The notes below the pieces were generated by a model, which saw nothing but the letters and a program-made list of their open reading frames with translations, searched no databases and was not told the origin of the DNA. The translations under genes were made by a program, and so were the position numbers. From an uncultured Acetobacteraceae bacterium (GTDB taxonomy: Bacteria > Pseudomonadota > Alphaproteobacteria > Acetobacterales > Acetobacteraceae): a DNA stretch of 50,655 nt. This document shows, piece by piece, positions 42,253-50,655 of this stretch (position 1 is its first letter; each line of letters begins with the position of its first letter). The stretch is taken from contig CAXTRX010000001.1 of the NCBI GenBank assembly GCA_964246785.1, forward strand, positions 2,592 through 53,246, in the 5' to 3' direction.

Positions 42253-42287
42253 CCTTGGCGCTGCAACGCCCTGCTACCGGGCTTCGC

Positions 42288-43418
42288 TCAGCCCGGTAGC
42301 AGCAGCGTGACGGCGGCTTGGGCGGCGATGCCTTCACGCCGCCCGGTGAAGCCCAGGCCCTCGGTGGTGGTGGCCTTCACCGACACTTGGCCCGGTGCCA
42401 CGCCCAGTAGGTCGGCCAGCCGTGCGATCATGGCGGGGGCGTGCGGCGTAATCTTGGGGCGCTCGCAGATAAGCGTCACGTCCGCATTGCTGAGGCGGCC
42501 GCCGCGTGTTGCGATGCGGCCGGCGGCATGGCGCAGGAAGCGGGCGCTGTCGGCATCTTTCCACTCGGCCTCGTTGGGCGGGAAATGGCGGCCGATGTCG
42601 CCCTCGGCGAGCGCGCCGTAGATGGCGTCGCACAGCGCGTGGATGCCGACATCAGCGTCGGAATGGCCGGCCAAGCCCCAGTCGTGCGGGATGTTGACCC
42701 CGCAGAGCACCAGGGGGCGGCCTGGTGCGATGGCGTGGACGTCGAAGCCGGTGCCGATCCGCGGCTGCAGCGCGGAGGCGAGGGCGTTTTCCAGCCGCAC
42801 GAGATCCTCCGGGGTGGTGAGCTTTACGTTGTAATCGTCGCCGGGCACGATGGCGACGGAGTGGCCGGCCTGTTCCAGCAGGGCGGCGTCGTCGCTGGCA
42901 GCTTCGCCGCCGGTGGCGTGCAGCGCGCGCAACAGGTGGTAGCGGAAGGCTTGCGGCGTCTGCGCCCGGTAGAGCCCGTCATTGGCGATAGTGGCCACCA
43001 AGCGGCCGGATTGCACCCGCTTGAGGGTATCGGACAGAGGCAGCGCCGGGATGGCGCCGTCATGGCTGCGCAGGGCGGCCAGCAGGGCGCCCACCGTCGC
43101 GGCTGAGACGAACGGCCGGGCGCCGTCATGCACCAGCACGACGTCTGGGGCATGCGCCACCAGCCCTTGCAGCCCGGCGGCCACGCTTTCTTGGCGGCTC
43201 GAGCTGCCTGGCACGGCGGGCAGCACGTCGAGCCCGGCGAGGGCTGCGGCAATTGGCTCGGGATCGCCGACCGGGAGCAAGGCGACAACATGCGGCAGCA
43301 GCGCGTCTGCGGCGTGGCGAAGCACGGGCTTGCCGAACAAGGCGACGTATGGGGGTGCCACGTCGCTTCCGGGCCAGCGGCCGGGCTCGCCAGCGAGTAG
43401 GATTGCGGCAACACGCAT
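42288..43418 (-). CDS. ispDF: Bifunctional IspD/IspF (MEP pathway); IspD N-terminal motif degenerate
   Basis: [25 protein letters not shown]; Isp[34 protein letters not shown]. Confidence 0.92.
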   Translation of the reverse strand: MRVAAILLAGEPGRWPGSDVAPPYVALFGKPVLRHAADALLPHVVALLPVGDPEPIAAALAGLDVLPAVPGSSSRQESVAAGLQGLVAHAPDVVLVHDGARPFVSAATVGALLAALRSHDGAIPALPLSDTLKRVQSGRLVATIANDGLYRAQTPQAFRYHLLRALHATGGEAASDDAALLEQAGHSVAIVPGDDYNVKLTTPEDLVRLENALASALQPRIGTGFDVHAIAPGRPLVLCGVNIPHDWGLAGHSDADVGIHALCDAIYGALAEGDIGRHFPPNEAEWKDADSARFLRHAAGRIATRGGRLSNADVTLICERPKITPHAPAMIARLADLLGVAPGQVSVKATTTEGLGFTGRREGIAAQAAVTLLLPG

Positions 43419-43527
43419 GGTGCAGCATTGCGCCCCAGGCTTGCGGCTCGTCAATGGCGCCCCTGCCTTACGGCTCCGGCCGCGCCCGCCTTACGGCTTG
43501 CGCCATAGAATGCGTAAGTTGCGTGAT

Positions 43528-43571
43528 TGCCTTGTTATTCGGCAGCCGCTAGTTTGCCCAAATGGTAGGCA
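43528..43571. promoter_or_regulatory. Two tandem NtrC-type boxes (TGCC-N9-GGCA)
   Basis: TGCCTTGTTATTCGGCA (43528-43544) and TGCCCAAATGGTAGGCA (43555-43571) upstream of dusB-ntrBC. Confidence 0.7.
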
Positions 43572-44590
43572 ACGTTCTTCGGCCAGTCACCCTCGGGTCT
43601 GGGTCCCGCGCGGTGACCCTTGCTACGCCGGTGATCGTGGCGCCCATGTCCGGCGTAACCGATCTGCCGTTCCGCCGTTTGGCCAAGCAGCTTGGCGCGG
43701 GACTGGTTGTCTCCGAAATGATCGCGTCGTGGGCAATGCTGCGCGAAAACCAGGCGACGCTGCGGATGGCCAGCGTTGAAGGGGCTGGGCCGAGCGCCAT
43801 CCAGCTCGCGGGCTGCGAACCGGCTGCGATGGCGGAGGCAGCGCGCATCGCCGAGGGGCGCGGGGCGGACCTGATCGACATCAACTTCGGCTGCCCGGTG
43901 AAGAAAGTGGCGGTGGGGCAAAGCGCCGGGTCGGCGTTGATGCGGGACGAAGTGGCTGCGGCACGGATTTTAGCGGCGACGGTCCGGGCGGTCCCGGTTC
44001 CGGTGACGCTGAAGATGCGGATGGGCTGGGACCATGCCAACCTCAATGCGCCGCGGCTGGCGCAGATTGCGGAGGCCAGCGGGATTGCCATGGTGACGGT
44101 GCATGGCCGCACCCGACAGCAATTCTACACCGGCACGGCGGATTGGGATTTCATCGCTCGCGTGAAGGCGGGGGTTGGCATCCCGGTGATTGCCAATGGC
44201 GACATCACCACGCCCGAAGCGGCGGCGGAGGCGTTGCGGCGTTCGGGTGCCGACGGGGTGATGCTGGGGCGGGGCTGCTATGGGCGGCCTTGGTTCCCGG
44301 CTCTGGTGGCAGCCTATTTGGGCGGAAGCAACCAGCCCGCGGAACCGACGCTGGGTCGCCAGAAGGCCATTTTGCTCGAGCATTACGCGTCCATGCTCAG
44401 CCATTTCGGCACGGTGCCGGGGCTGCGGCTGAGTCGCAAGCATGTCGCCTGGTACTCGCGCGGCCTGCCGGGTTCGGCGGAGTTTCGCGCCGCCATCATG
44501 CGCCTGGACGACGTGCCCGGCGTGTTGCGGCTGATCGACCAGTTCTATGACCCGTTGATCATGGCCGGCGACCAGGCGATCGCCGCATGA
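43562..44590 (+). CDS. dusB: tRNA-dihydrouridine synthase B (NifR3)
   Basis: APMSGVTDLPFR, IDINFGCP, TVHGRTR, IANGDI. Confidence 0.95.
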   Translation: MVGNVLRPVTLGSGSRAVTLATPVIVAPMSGVTDLPFRRLAKQLGAGLVVSEMIASWAMLRENQATLRMASVEGAGPSAIQLAGCEPAAMAEAARIAEGRGADLIDINFGCPVKKVAVGQSAGSALMRDEVAAARILAATVRAVPVPVTLKMRMGWDHANLNAPRLAQIAEASGIAMVTVHGRTRQQFYTGTADWDFIARVKAGVGIPVIANGDITTPEAAAEALRRSGADGVMLGRGCYGRPWFPALVAAYLGGSNQPAEPTLGRQKAILLEHYASMLSHFGTVPGLRLSRKHVAWYSRGLPGSAEFRAAIMRLDDVPGVLRLIDQFYDPLIMAGDQAIAA

Positions 44591-45726
44591 GCCTGGCCGC
44601 GACCAGCGCGCTCAGGCTGGCCGAAAAGTTGCGCCCCCGGCCGCGGGCGATCGATGCCCCTGCCATGCTGAGCGCGTTGCCCGTGCCGGTGATGCTGCTG
44701 GACGCGGAAAACCGGTTCCGCTTCGTCAATCATGCGGCGGAGCAGTTTCTCGGCCTCTCGTTGCAGCAGCTTGGGCACATGCGGCTGTCCGATCTGCTGC
44801 CCAGCGACAATCCGTTGTTCGCCATCGTGGCGCAGGTGCGCCAGACCGGCTCGACCATTGCAGATCACGAGCTGGCGCTGGAAAGCCCCAGGCTGCACAA
44901 GCAGGCGGTGGCGATCCAGGCGGCACCGCTGGGCGAGGAGCCGGGCGCGGTGCTGGTTTCGATGCAGGATGCGTCGGCCGCGCGCGCGTTGGACCGGCAG
45001 ACGGTGTTCCGCTCGGCGGCGCGCTCGGTGAGCGGGATGGCGGCGATGCTGGCGCACGAGGTGAAGAACCCGCTTTCGGGCATTCGGGGCGCGGCGCAAT
45101 TGCTGGAAGGCAGCGTGGGCGAAAGCGACCGCGAACTGGCGGTGCTGATCCGCGACGAGGCGGATCGCATCCGCAGCCTGGTGGAGCGGATGGAGGTGTT
45201 CGACGACCGGCCGATCGAGCGCCGGGCGGTGAACATCCATCGCGTGCTGGAGCATGTCCGCCGGTTGGCGCAGACCGGGTTTGCCGCGCATCTGCGCTTC
45301 GGCGAGTCGTACGACCCGTCCTTGCCGCCGGTCTATGGCAACCGCGACCAGTTGGTGCAGGTGTTGTTGAACCTGGTGAAGAATGCCGCGGAGGCAATCA
45401 CAATGGCGGATGGCCAGGGCGAGATCACCCTGTGCACCGCCTACCACCATGGGGTGCGGCTGCTGGTGCCTGGGTCAGCCCAGCGTGTGCATCTGCCGCT
45501 GGTGGTGACGGTGCGGGATAACGGGCCCGGCATCGGCGAGGACATCCGGCCGCATCTGTTCAAGCCGTTCGTCAGCACCAAGCCGGCAGGCACCGGGCTT
45601 GGGCTGGCGCTGGTGGCCAAGATCGTGGCCGATCATGGCGGGCTGATCGAGGTCGACAGCCGGCCGGGGCGCACCGAGGTCAAGCTGCACTTGCCGGTGA
45701 TGAGCGAGGAGCAGGAAGAGGGGTGA
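44587..45726 (+). CDS. ntrB: Nitrogen-regulation histidine kinase NtrB
   Basis: PAS domain, AHEVKNPLSGIRGAAQLL, NLVKNA, DNGPG, GTGLGL. Confidence 0.95.
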   Translation: MSLAATSALRLAEKLRPRPRAIDAPAMLSALPVPVMLLDAENRFRFVNHAAEQFLGLSLQQLGHMRLSDLLPSDNPLFAIVAQVRQTGSTIADHELALESPRLHKQAVAIQAAPLGEEPGAVLVSMQDASAARALDRQTVFRSAARSVSGMAAMLAHEVKNPLSGIRGAAQLLEGSVGESDRELAVLIRDEADRIRSLVERMEVFDDRPIERRAVNIHRVLEHVRRLAQTGFAAHLRFGESYDPSLPPVYGNRDQLVQVLLNLVKNAAEAITMADGQGEITLCTAYHHGVRLLVPGSAQRVHLPLVVTVRDNGPGIGEDIRPHLFKPFVSTKPAGTGLGLALVAKIVADHGGLIEVDSRPGRTEVKLHLPVMSEEQEEG

Positions 45727-45795
45727 GGGCGCAGCCGCCTTTACGCCGGGCGGCGCCACCCTCACCGTGACCCTCTCCCGCCAGCGGGAGCAGGG
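45722..45795. repeat. REP-like double hairpin between ntrB and ntrC
   Basis: GGTGAGGG...CCCTCACC then CCCTCTCCCGC-CA-GCGGGAGCAGGG; overlaps the ntrB stop. Confidence 0.65.
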
Positions 45796-45813
45796 AAATT
45801 TGCTGGAGCTTGC

Positions 45814-47262
45814 ATGACGATCCCCACCGTTCTTGTTGCCGACGACGACCGCTCGATCCGCACTGTGCTCACCCAGGCGCTGGGACGGTCGGGCTATCAA
45901 GTGCGCTCCTGCTCGAACGCGGCAACGCTGTGGCGCTGGGTGGAGGATGGCGAGGGCGACTTGGTGATCACCGACGTGGTGATGCCGGACGAGAACGGGC
46001 TCGATCTCATCCCACGCATCCGCCGCGTGCGCCCGGAACTGCGGGTGGTGGTGATGAGCGCGCAGTCCACCTTGATGACGGCGGTGAAGGCGGCCCAGCG
46101 GGGCGCGTTCGAATACCTGCCCAAGCCGTTCGATTTGAAGGAACTTTTGGCCGTGGTCGGGCGTGCGCTGGCGGCGCCGCCGCCATTGCCGGGGCCGGCC
46201 GAGCCGGTGGACAAGGAAGAGAAGCTGCCGCTGATCGGGCGGTCGGCGGCGATGCAGGAAATCTACCGCAGCATTGCGCGGCTCACCACGGCGGACCTGA
46301 CGGTGATGGTGACGGGCGAGTCTGGCACCGGCAAGGAGCTGGTGGCCCGGGCGCTGCATGATTACGGCCGGCGGCGGGCAGCGCCCTTTGTGGCCATCAA
46401 CATGGCCGCCATTCCGCGCGAGCTGATTGAAAGCGAGCTGTTCGGGCATGAGCGCGGTGCGTTCACCGGGGCGCACAACCGCAACCAGGGTCGCTTTGAG
46501 CAGGCGAGCGGCGGCACGCTGTTCCTGGACGAGATCGGCGACATGCCGCACGAGGCGCAAACCCGTCTGCTGCGCGTGCTGCAGGAGGGGGAGTTCACCA
46601 CCGTGGGCGGGCGGCAGCCGATCAAGGCCAATGTCCGCATCGTCGCTGCCACGCACCGGGATTTGCGGCTGGCGATCCGCAATGGCCAGTTCCGCGAGGA
46701 CCTGTTCTACCGTCTAAACGTGGTGCCGATCCGGCTGCCGCCGCTGCGTGAGCGCACCGAGGACATCCCGCTGCTGGCGCGCCACTTTCTCGACGGTGCC
46801 CGCGAGATGGGGCTGCCGGGCAAGACGCTGGACGCCGGCGCCATCGAGCGGCTGCGCAGCCATCGCTGGTCGGGCAATGTGCGCGAGCTGGAGAACCTGA
46901 TGCGGCGGCTGGCGGCGCTGTATCCGCAGGAGACGATCACCGAGGAGGTGATCGCGGCAGAACTGTATGAGACTGGCTTCGAGCCGGCGCCGAGCCAGGC
47001 CGGCAACGGCATGGCCGAGCCGCTTGCCGCGGCGGTCGAGCGGCACATCCGCCAATTTCTGGCCGCCACCAGCGACGGCATGCCAATGCGTGATATCTAT
47101 GACCGGGTGATTGCCGAGGTAGAGCGACCGTTGATCCAGATGACGCTATCGGCCACGCGGGGCAACCAGATCAAGGCGGCGGCTATGCTGGGCCTGAACC
47201 GCAACACGCTGCGCAAGAAAATCCGCGATCTCGAAATACCGGTCGTTCGCGGCATCGGCTGA
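45814..47262 (+). CDS. ntrC: Sigma-54 activator NtrC
   Basis: Receiver domain, [21 protein letters not shown], Fis-type [22 protein letters not shown]. Confidence 0.97.
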   Translation: MTIPTVLVADDDRSIRTVLTQALGRSGYQVRSCSNAATLWRWVEDGEGDLVITDVVMPDENGLDLIPRIRRVRPELRVVVMSAQSTLMTAVKAAQRGAFEYLPKPFDLKELLAVVGRALAAPPPLPGPAEPVDKEEKLPLIGRSAAMQEIYRSIARLTTADLTVMVTGESGTGKELVARALHDYGRRRAAPFVAINMAAIPRELIESELFGHERGAFTGAHNRNQGRFEQASGGTLFLDEIGDMPHEAQTRLLRVLQEGEFTTVGGRQPIKANVRIVAATHRDLRLAIRNGQFREDLFYRLNVVPIRLPPLRERTEDIPLLARHFLDGAREMGLPGKTLDAGAIERLRSHRWSGNVRELENLMRRLAALYPQETITEEVIAAELYETGFEPAPSQAGNGMAEPLAAAVERHIRQFLAATSDGMPMRDIYDRVIAEVERPLIQMTLSATRGNQIKAAAMLGLNRNTLRKKIRDLEIPVVRGIG

Positions 47263-47265
47263 GCG

Positions 47266-49509
47266 ATGGACGGCTCCCTGCCCCGGCTGGATGACGCAAC
47301 GGGGGACCAAGCGGCCGCGCTGGTGGTGCGCCGGGCTCGGCTGGGCCGCGCGATGGACATCCTGCTCGGCAAGGGTGTGACCTTGCTGCTGGCGGCGGTG
47401 GCGCTGACGCTGGCGATTGCGACCTTCGTGCTGCTGTCGGGCGGGGCGCCGATCACGCTGCGGCCCAACCTATCGTTCGTGGCCATCCTGGCGAGCACGG
47501 CCGTGCTGCTGCTGCTGTTCGCGGTGCTGGCGGGGCGGCTGACCCGGGTGTGGGTGGAGCGGCGTCGTGGTTCTGCCGGGTCGCGGATGCATGTGCGGCT
47601 GGTGCTGCTGTTCGGCGTGGTGGCGGTGACCCCGGCGATTGTGACGGCGGTGTTTGCCGCGGCGTTCTTCAATTTGGGCATTCAATCGTGGTTCAACGAC
47701 CGCATTCGCACGGCGCTGGACGCGAGCCTGGCCTCGGCGCAGACCTCGCTGGAGGAGCACCGCAACAACATCAAGGCGGACGCTTTGGGGGTGGCCATCG
47801 CGCTCAACCGGGCGGGCACCTTCCTGACCAGCCAGCCCAACCTGATGCAGCAGGTGCTGGACCAGGAAACGATTTTCCACGACCTGATCCAGGCCGTTAT
47901 TTACGACCCCTACACGCATGAGATTGTTCTTTCTTCGGGTGTCTTGAGCGGCAATTTCGTCGAACTGCCGGGCGATGCGGAGATCGAGCCGGCGCGGCGC
48001 GGCGACGTGGCGGTGATCGGCGGCGGCGATGACAACCATGTCCGCGCGGTGGTGAAGCTCGGCTCGACGCCGGAACTGATGCTGATGATTGATCGCCCGG
48101 TGGACACGCAAATTATCGCGGCGGTGAACCGCACCGAGCAGTTGGTGGCTGAGTATCACCAGCTGGACGCCAACCGCTCCAAGCTGCAGGTCACCTTCGT
48201 GGTGATCTTTGCGCTGGTGGCGCTGCTGGTGCTGTTTGCGGCGATCCTCACCGGGCTGGTGCTGGCCAACCAGATCGCGCGGCCGATCGGCCGGCTGATC
48301 CAGGCGGCGGCGCGGGTGCGCGCCGGCGACCTGGGCGTGCGCGGGCCGGACGTCGCCAGCGAGGACGAGGTGGCGGGGTTGTCGCGCGCGTTCAACCGGA
48401 TGACCGGGCAGCTCGGGGCGCAGCGGACGGAGTTGATGGAGGCATATGGGCAGATCGACGAACGCCGCCGTTTCACCGAAACGGTGCTGGCGGGCGTTTC
48501 AGCCGGCGTGATCGGGCTCGACGAGCAGGGGCGGGTGGACCTGCCGAACCGCGCCGCCTCCGAGCTGATGGGGCAGGATTTGCTGACCGCCATCGGGCTC
48601 CCGCTGGAGGAGGTGGTGGGCGAGTTCGCGCCCTTGCTGGCCGAAGCGCGGGCGGCGCCGGAGCGTGCCCGCACGGCCGAGGTTCAGATTGGTGCCCCTT
48701 CCAACCGCCGGACCCTGCTGGTGCGTATCGTCAGCGAGATGAAGGGCGAGGCGGCGCATGGGTTCGTGGTGACGTTCGATGACGTGACGGAATTGGTGGC
48801 CGCCCAGCGCAAGGCGGCCTGGTCGGACGTGGCGCGGCGGATCGCCCACGAGATCAAGAACCCGCTGACGCCGATCCAGCTTGCGGCCGAGCGGCTGAAG
48901 CGCCGGTTCACCAAGGAGATCACCTCGGACCCGGTGACGTTTGCCCAATGCGCGGACACCATCGTGCGCCATGTCGGCGATATCGGGCGCATGGTGGACG
49001 AGTTCAGTGCGTTTGCCCGCATGCCGCAGCCGGTGATCAAGCCCGAGGATGTTGGCCGGATCGCCCGGGAGGCGCTGGTGTTGCAGCGTCAGGCGCATCC
49101 GGAGATCGCCTGGAGCACGCATCTGCCGGAGCGCGGGCCCGTTGTGTTGTGCGACCGGCGGCTGGTGAGCCAGGCATTGACCAACCTGCTGGTGAACGCG
49201 GCCGACGCCACGGCCATGCGCGCGCGCAGCGAGGGGGAGCCAGCCGGCATTATTGACGTCTCGATCGAGGCGGATGACCAAACTGTGACCGTGGCGGTGT
49301 CAGACGATGGTGTGGGGCTGCCCACCGAAGATCGTGATCGGTTGACCGAACCCTATGTAACTCATAAGCCTAAAGGGACGGGCCTCGGCCTCGCCATTGT
49401 TAAGAAGATCATGGAAGATCATGGCGGCCGGCTGGCGCTGGACGACCGGGGCGAGTCGCCGGGCGCTGTGGCAAGGCTGGTCCTCCCAGCACCTGCTGGT
49501 GTGGCATAA
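47266..49509 (+). CDS. ntrY: Sensor histidine kinase NtrY
   Basis: TM-HAMP-PAS-HisKA; AWSDVARRIAHEIKNPLTPIQL; GTGLGL. Confidence 0.95.
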   Translation: MDGSLPRLDDATGDQAAALVVRRARLGRAMDILLGKGVTLLLAAVALTLAIATFVLLSGGAPITLRPNLSFVAILASTAVLLLLFAVLAGRLTRVWVERRRGSAGSRMHVRLVLLFGVVAVTPAIVTAVFAAAFFNLGIQSWFNDRIRTALDASLASAQTSLEEHRNNIKADALGVAIALNRAGTFLTSQPNLMQQVLDQETIFHDLIQAVIYDPYTHEIVLSSGVLSGNFVELPGDAEIEPARRGDVAVIGGGDDNHVRAVVKLGSTPELMLMIDRPVDTQIIAAVNRTEQLVAEYHQLDANRSKLQVTFVVIFALVALLVLFAAILTGLVLANQIARPIGRLIQAAARVRAGDLGVRGPDVASEDEVAGLSRAFNRMTGQLGAQRTELMEAYGQIDERRRFTETVLAGVSAGVIGLDEQGRVDLPNRAASELMGQDLLTAIGLPLEEVVGEFAPLLAEARAAPERARTAEVQIGAPSNRRTLLVRIVSEMKGEAAHGFVVTFDDVTELVAAQRKAAWSDVARRIAHEIKNPLTPIQLAAERLKRRFTKEITSDPVTFAQCADTIVRHVGDIGRMVDEFSAFARMPQPVIKPEDVGRIAREALVLQRQAHPEIAWSTHLPERGPVVLCDRRLVSQALTNLLVNAADATAMRARSEGEPAGIIDVSIEADDQTVTVAVSDDGVGLPTEDRDRLTEPYVTHKPKGTGLGLAIVKKIMEDHGGRLALDDRGESPGAVARLVLPAPAGVA

Positions 49510-49527
49510 CCGCATAAAGACCTTTGA

Positions 49528-50655
49528 ATGGCGCAAGAGATACTTATCGTTGACGACGAGCCGGACATTCGGCTGCTGATTGATGGCATCCTCCGGGATG
49601 AAGGCTATGAGACCAGGCAGGCTGGGGACTCCGAAGCGGCGCTGGCGGCGTTCCGGGCGCGGCGGCCTAGCCTGGTGGTGCTGGACGTATGGCTGCAGAA
49701 CTCCCGGCTTGACGGCCTTGGCATCCTGCAGGCGATCCATACCGAGGAGCCGCAAGTCCCGGTTGTGATGATCTCGGGCCATGGCACGATCGAAATGGCG
49801 GTGACGGCGATCCAGCAGGGCGCCTACGACTTCCTGGAAAAGCCGTTTCAGTCCGACCGCCTGCTGCTGCAGATGCGGCGGGCGCTGGAAGCGGCGCGGC
49901 TGGCGCGGGAAAACGCCGAGCTGCGCCTGCGGGTAGGGGCGGAGACCACGCTCACCGGGGACAGCAGCGCGATCGCAGCGCTTCGCGCGGGGGTGGACCG
50001 GGTGGCGCCGACGGGTTCGCGCGTGCTGATCCATGGTCCTGCCGGTTCGGGCAAGGAGGTGGCGGCGCGGATGGTGCACGCCCGCTCGCGCCGGGCGGAT
50101 GGGCCGTTCATCGTGCTGAACTGCGCCACGCTGGCGCCGGGCCGCTTCGAGGAGGAGCTGTTCGGGATCGAGGCGGGCGCCGACCCGATGGCAGTGCCGC
50201 GCCGGGCCGGGGTGCTGGAGCGCGCCCATGGCGGCACGCTGCTGCTGGACGAAGTGTCGGACATGCCGCTGGAGACGCAGGGTAAGATCGTCCGTGCCTT
50301 GCAGGACCAGACGTTCGAGCGGGTTGGCGGGTCGAGCCGGGTGAAGGTGGACGTGCGGGTGCTGGCGATCACCAATCGGGACCTGCAGGCCGAGATTGCG
50401 GCTGGGCGGTTTCGCGAGGACCTGTATTACCGCCTGGCGGTGGTGCCGTTGCGGATGCCCAGCTTGCGCGAACGCCGGGAGGACATTCCCGAGTTGGCGC
50501 GCCACTTCATGAGCCGGGCGGCCGAGTCCAGCGGGATTGCGCCGCGAGACCTCTCGGCCGATGCATTGGCGGCGCTGCAGGCCTATGACTGGCCCGGCAA
50601 TGTGCGCCAGTTGCGAAACCTGATGGATTGGCTGCTGATCATGGCGCCGGGCGGG
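49528..50655 (+). CDS. ntrX: Response regulator NtrX (runs off window end)
   Basis: MAQEILIVDDEPDIR, LDVWL, ISGHGTIE, GPAGSGKE, FREDLYYRL, WPGNVRQL; absent from the ORF track because it has no stop in the window. Confidence 0.93.
   Translation, partial: MAQEILIVDDEPDIRLLIDGILRDEGYETRQAGDSEAALAAFRARRPSLVVLDVWLQNSRLDGLGILQAIHTEEPQVPVVMISGHGTIEMAVTAIQQGAYDFLEKPFQSDRLLLQMRRALEAARLARENAELRLRVGAETTLTGDSSAIAALRAGVDRVAPTGSRVLIHGPAGSGKEVAARMVHARSRRADGPFIVLNCATLAPGRFEEELFGIEAGADPMAVPRRAGVLERAHGGTLLLDEVSDMPLETQGKIVRALQDQTFERVGGSSRVKVDVRVLAITNRDLQAEIAAGRFREDLYYRLAVVPLRMPSLRERREDIPELARHFMSRAAESSGIAPRDLSADALAALQAYDWPGNVRQLRNLMDWLLIMAPGG

Noticed and set aside
50140-50220. NtrX lacks GAFTGA
   Set aside because: Normal for alphaproteobacterial NtrX

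Overview
GC-rich alphaproteobacterial chromosome segment; gene content and order (class I LysRS, ispDF/dusB-ntrBC-ntrYX, DUF3108-glmU-glmS) fit Acetobacteraceae/Rhodospirillales, which is an inference. The backbone is housekeeping: comEC (5'-truncated by the window), glmU, glmS, an amino-acid oxidation module (Tat flavin amine oxidase + cytochrome c, solA-like oxidase, APC permease), SPFH protein, phytoene-synthase-like protein, sodB, glgX, acyltransferase-3, MaoC, a shortened MprF, lysS, dinG, terB, ispDF, dusB, ntrB, ntrC, ntrY and ntrX (3'-truncated). Main accessory items: (1) a 12.3-kb three-gene hybrid NRPS-PKS operon (A-PCP-KS-AT-ACP-aminotransferase-C-A-PCP; C-PCP-degenerate TE; alpha/beta hydrolase) beside a decayed IS256, with A-domain codes reading Val and Gly; (2) two tandem DUF29 genes bracketed by three progressively decayed copies of the dinG upstream/5' end, resembling a cassette array; (3) a 107-bp CTAG-bounded MITE/RIME-like repeat in two full copies and one partial copy. 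The glmS in-frame stop and the dinG frameshift most likely reflect sequencing/assembly errors. No rRNA, tRNA or CRISPR array was seen. All family calls come from motif recognition by eye; no searches were run.
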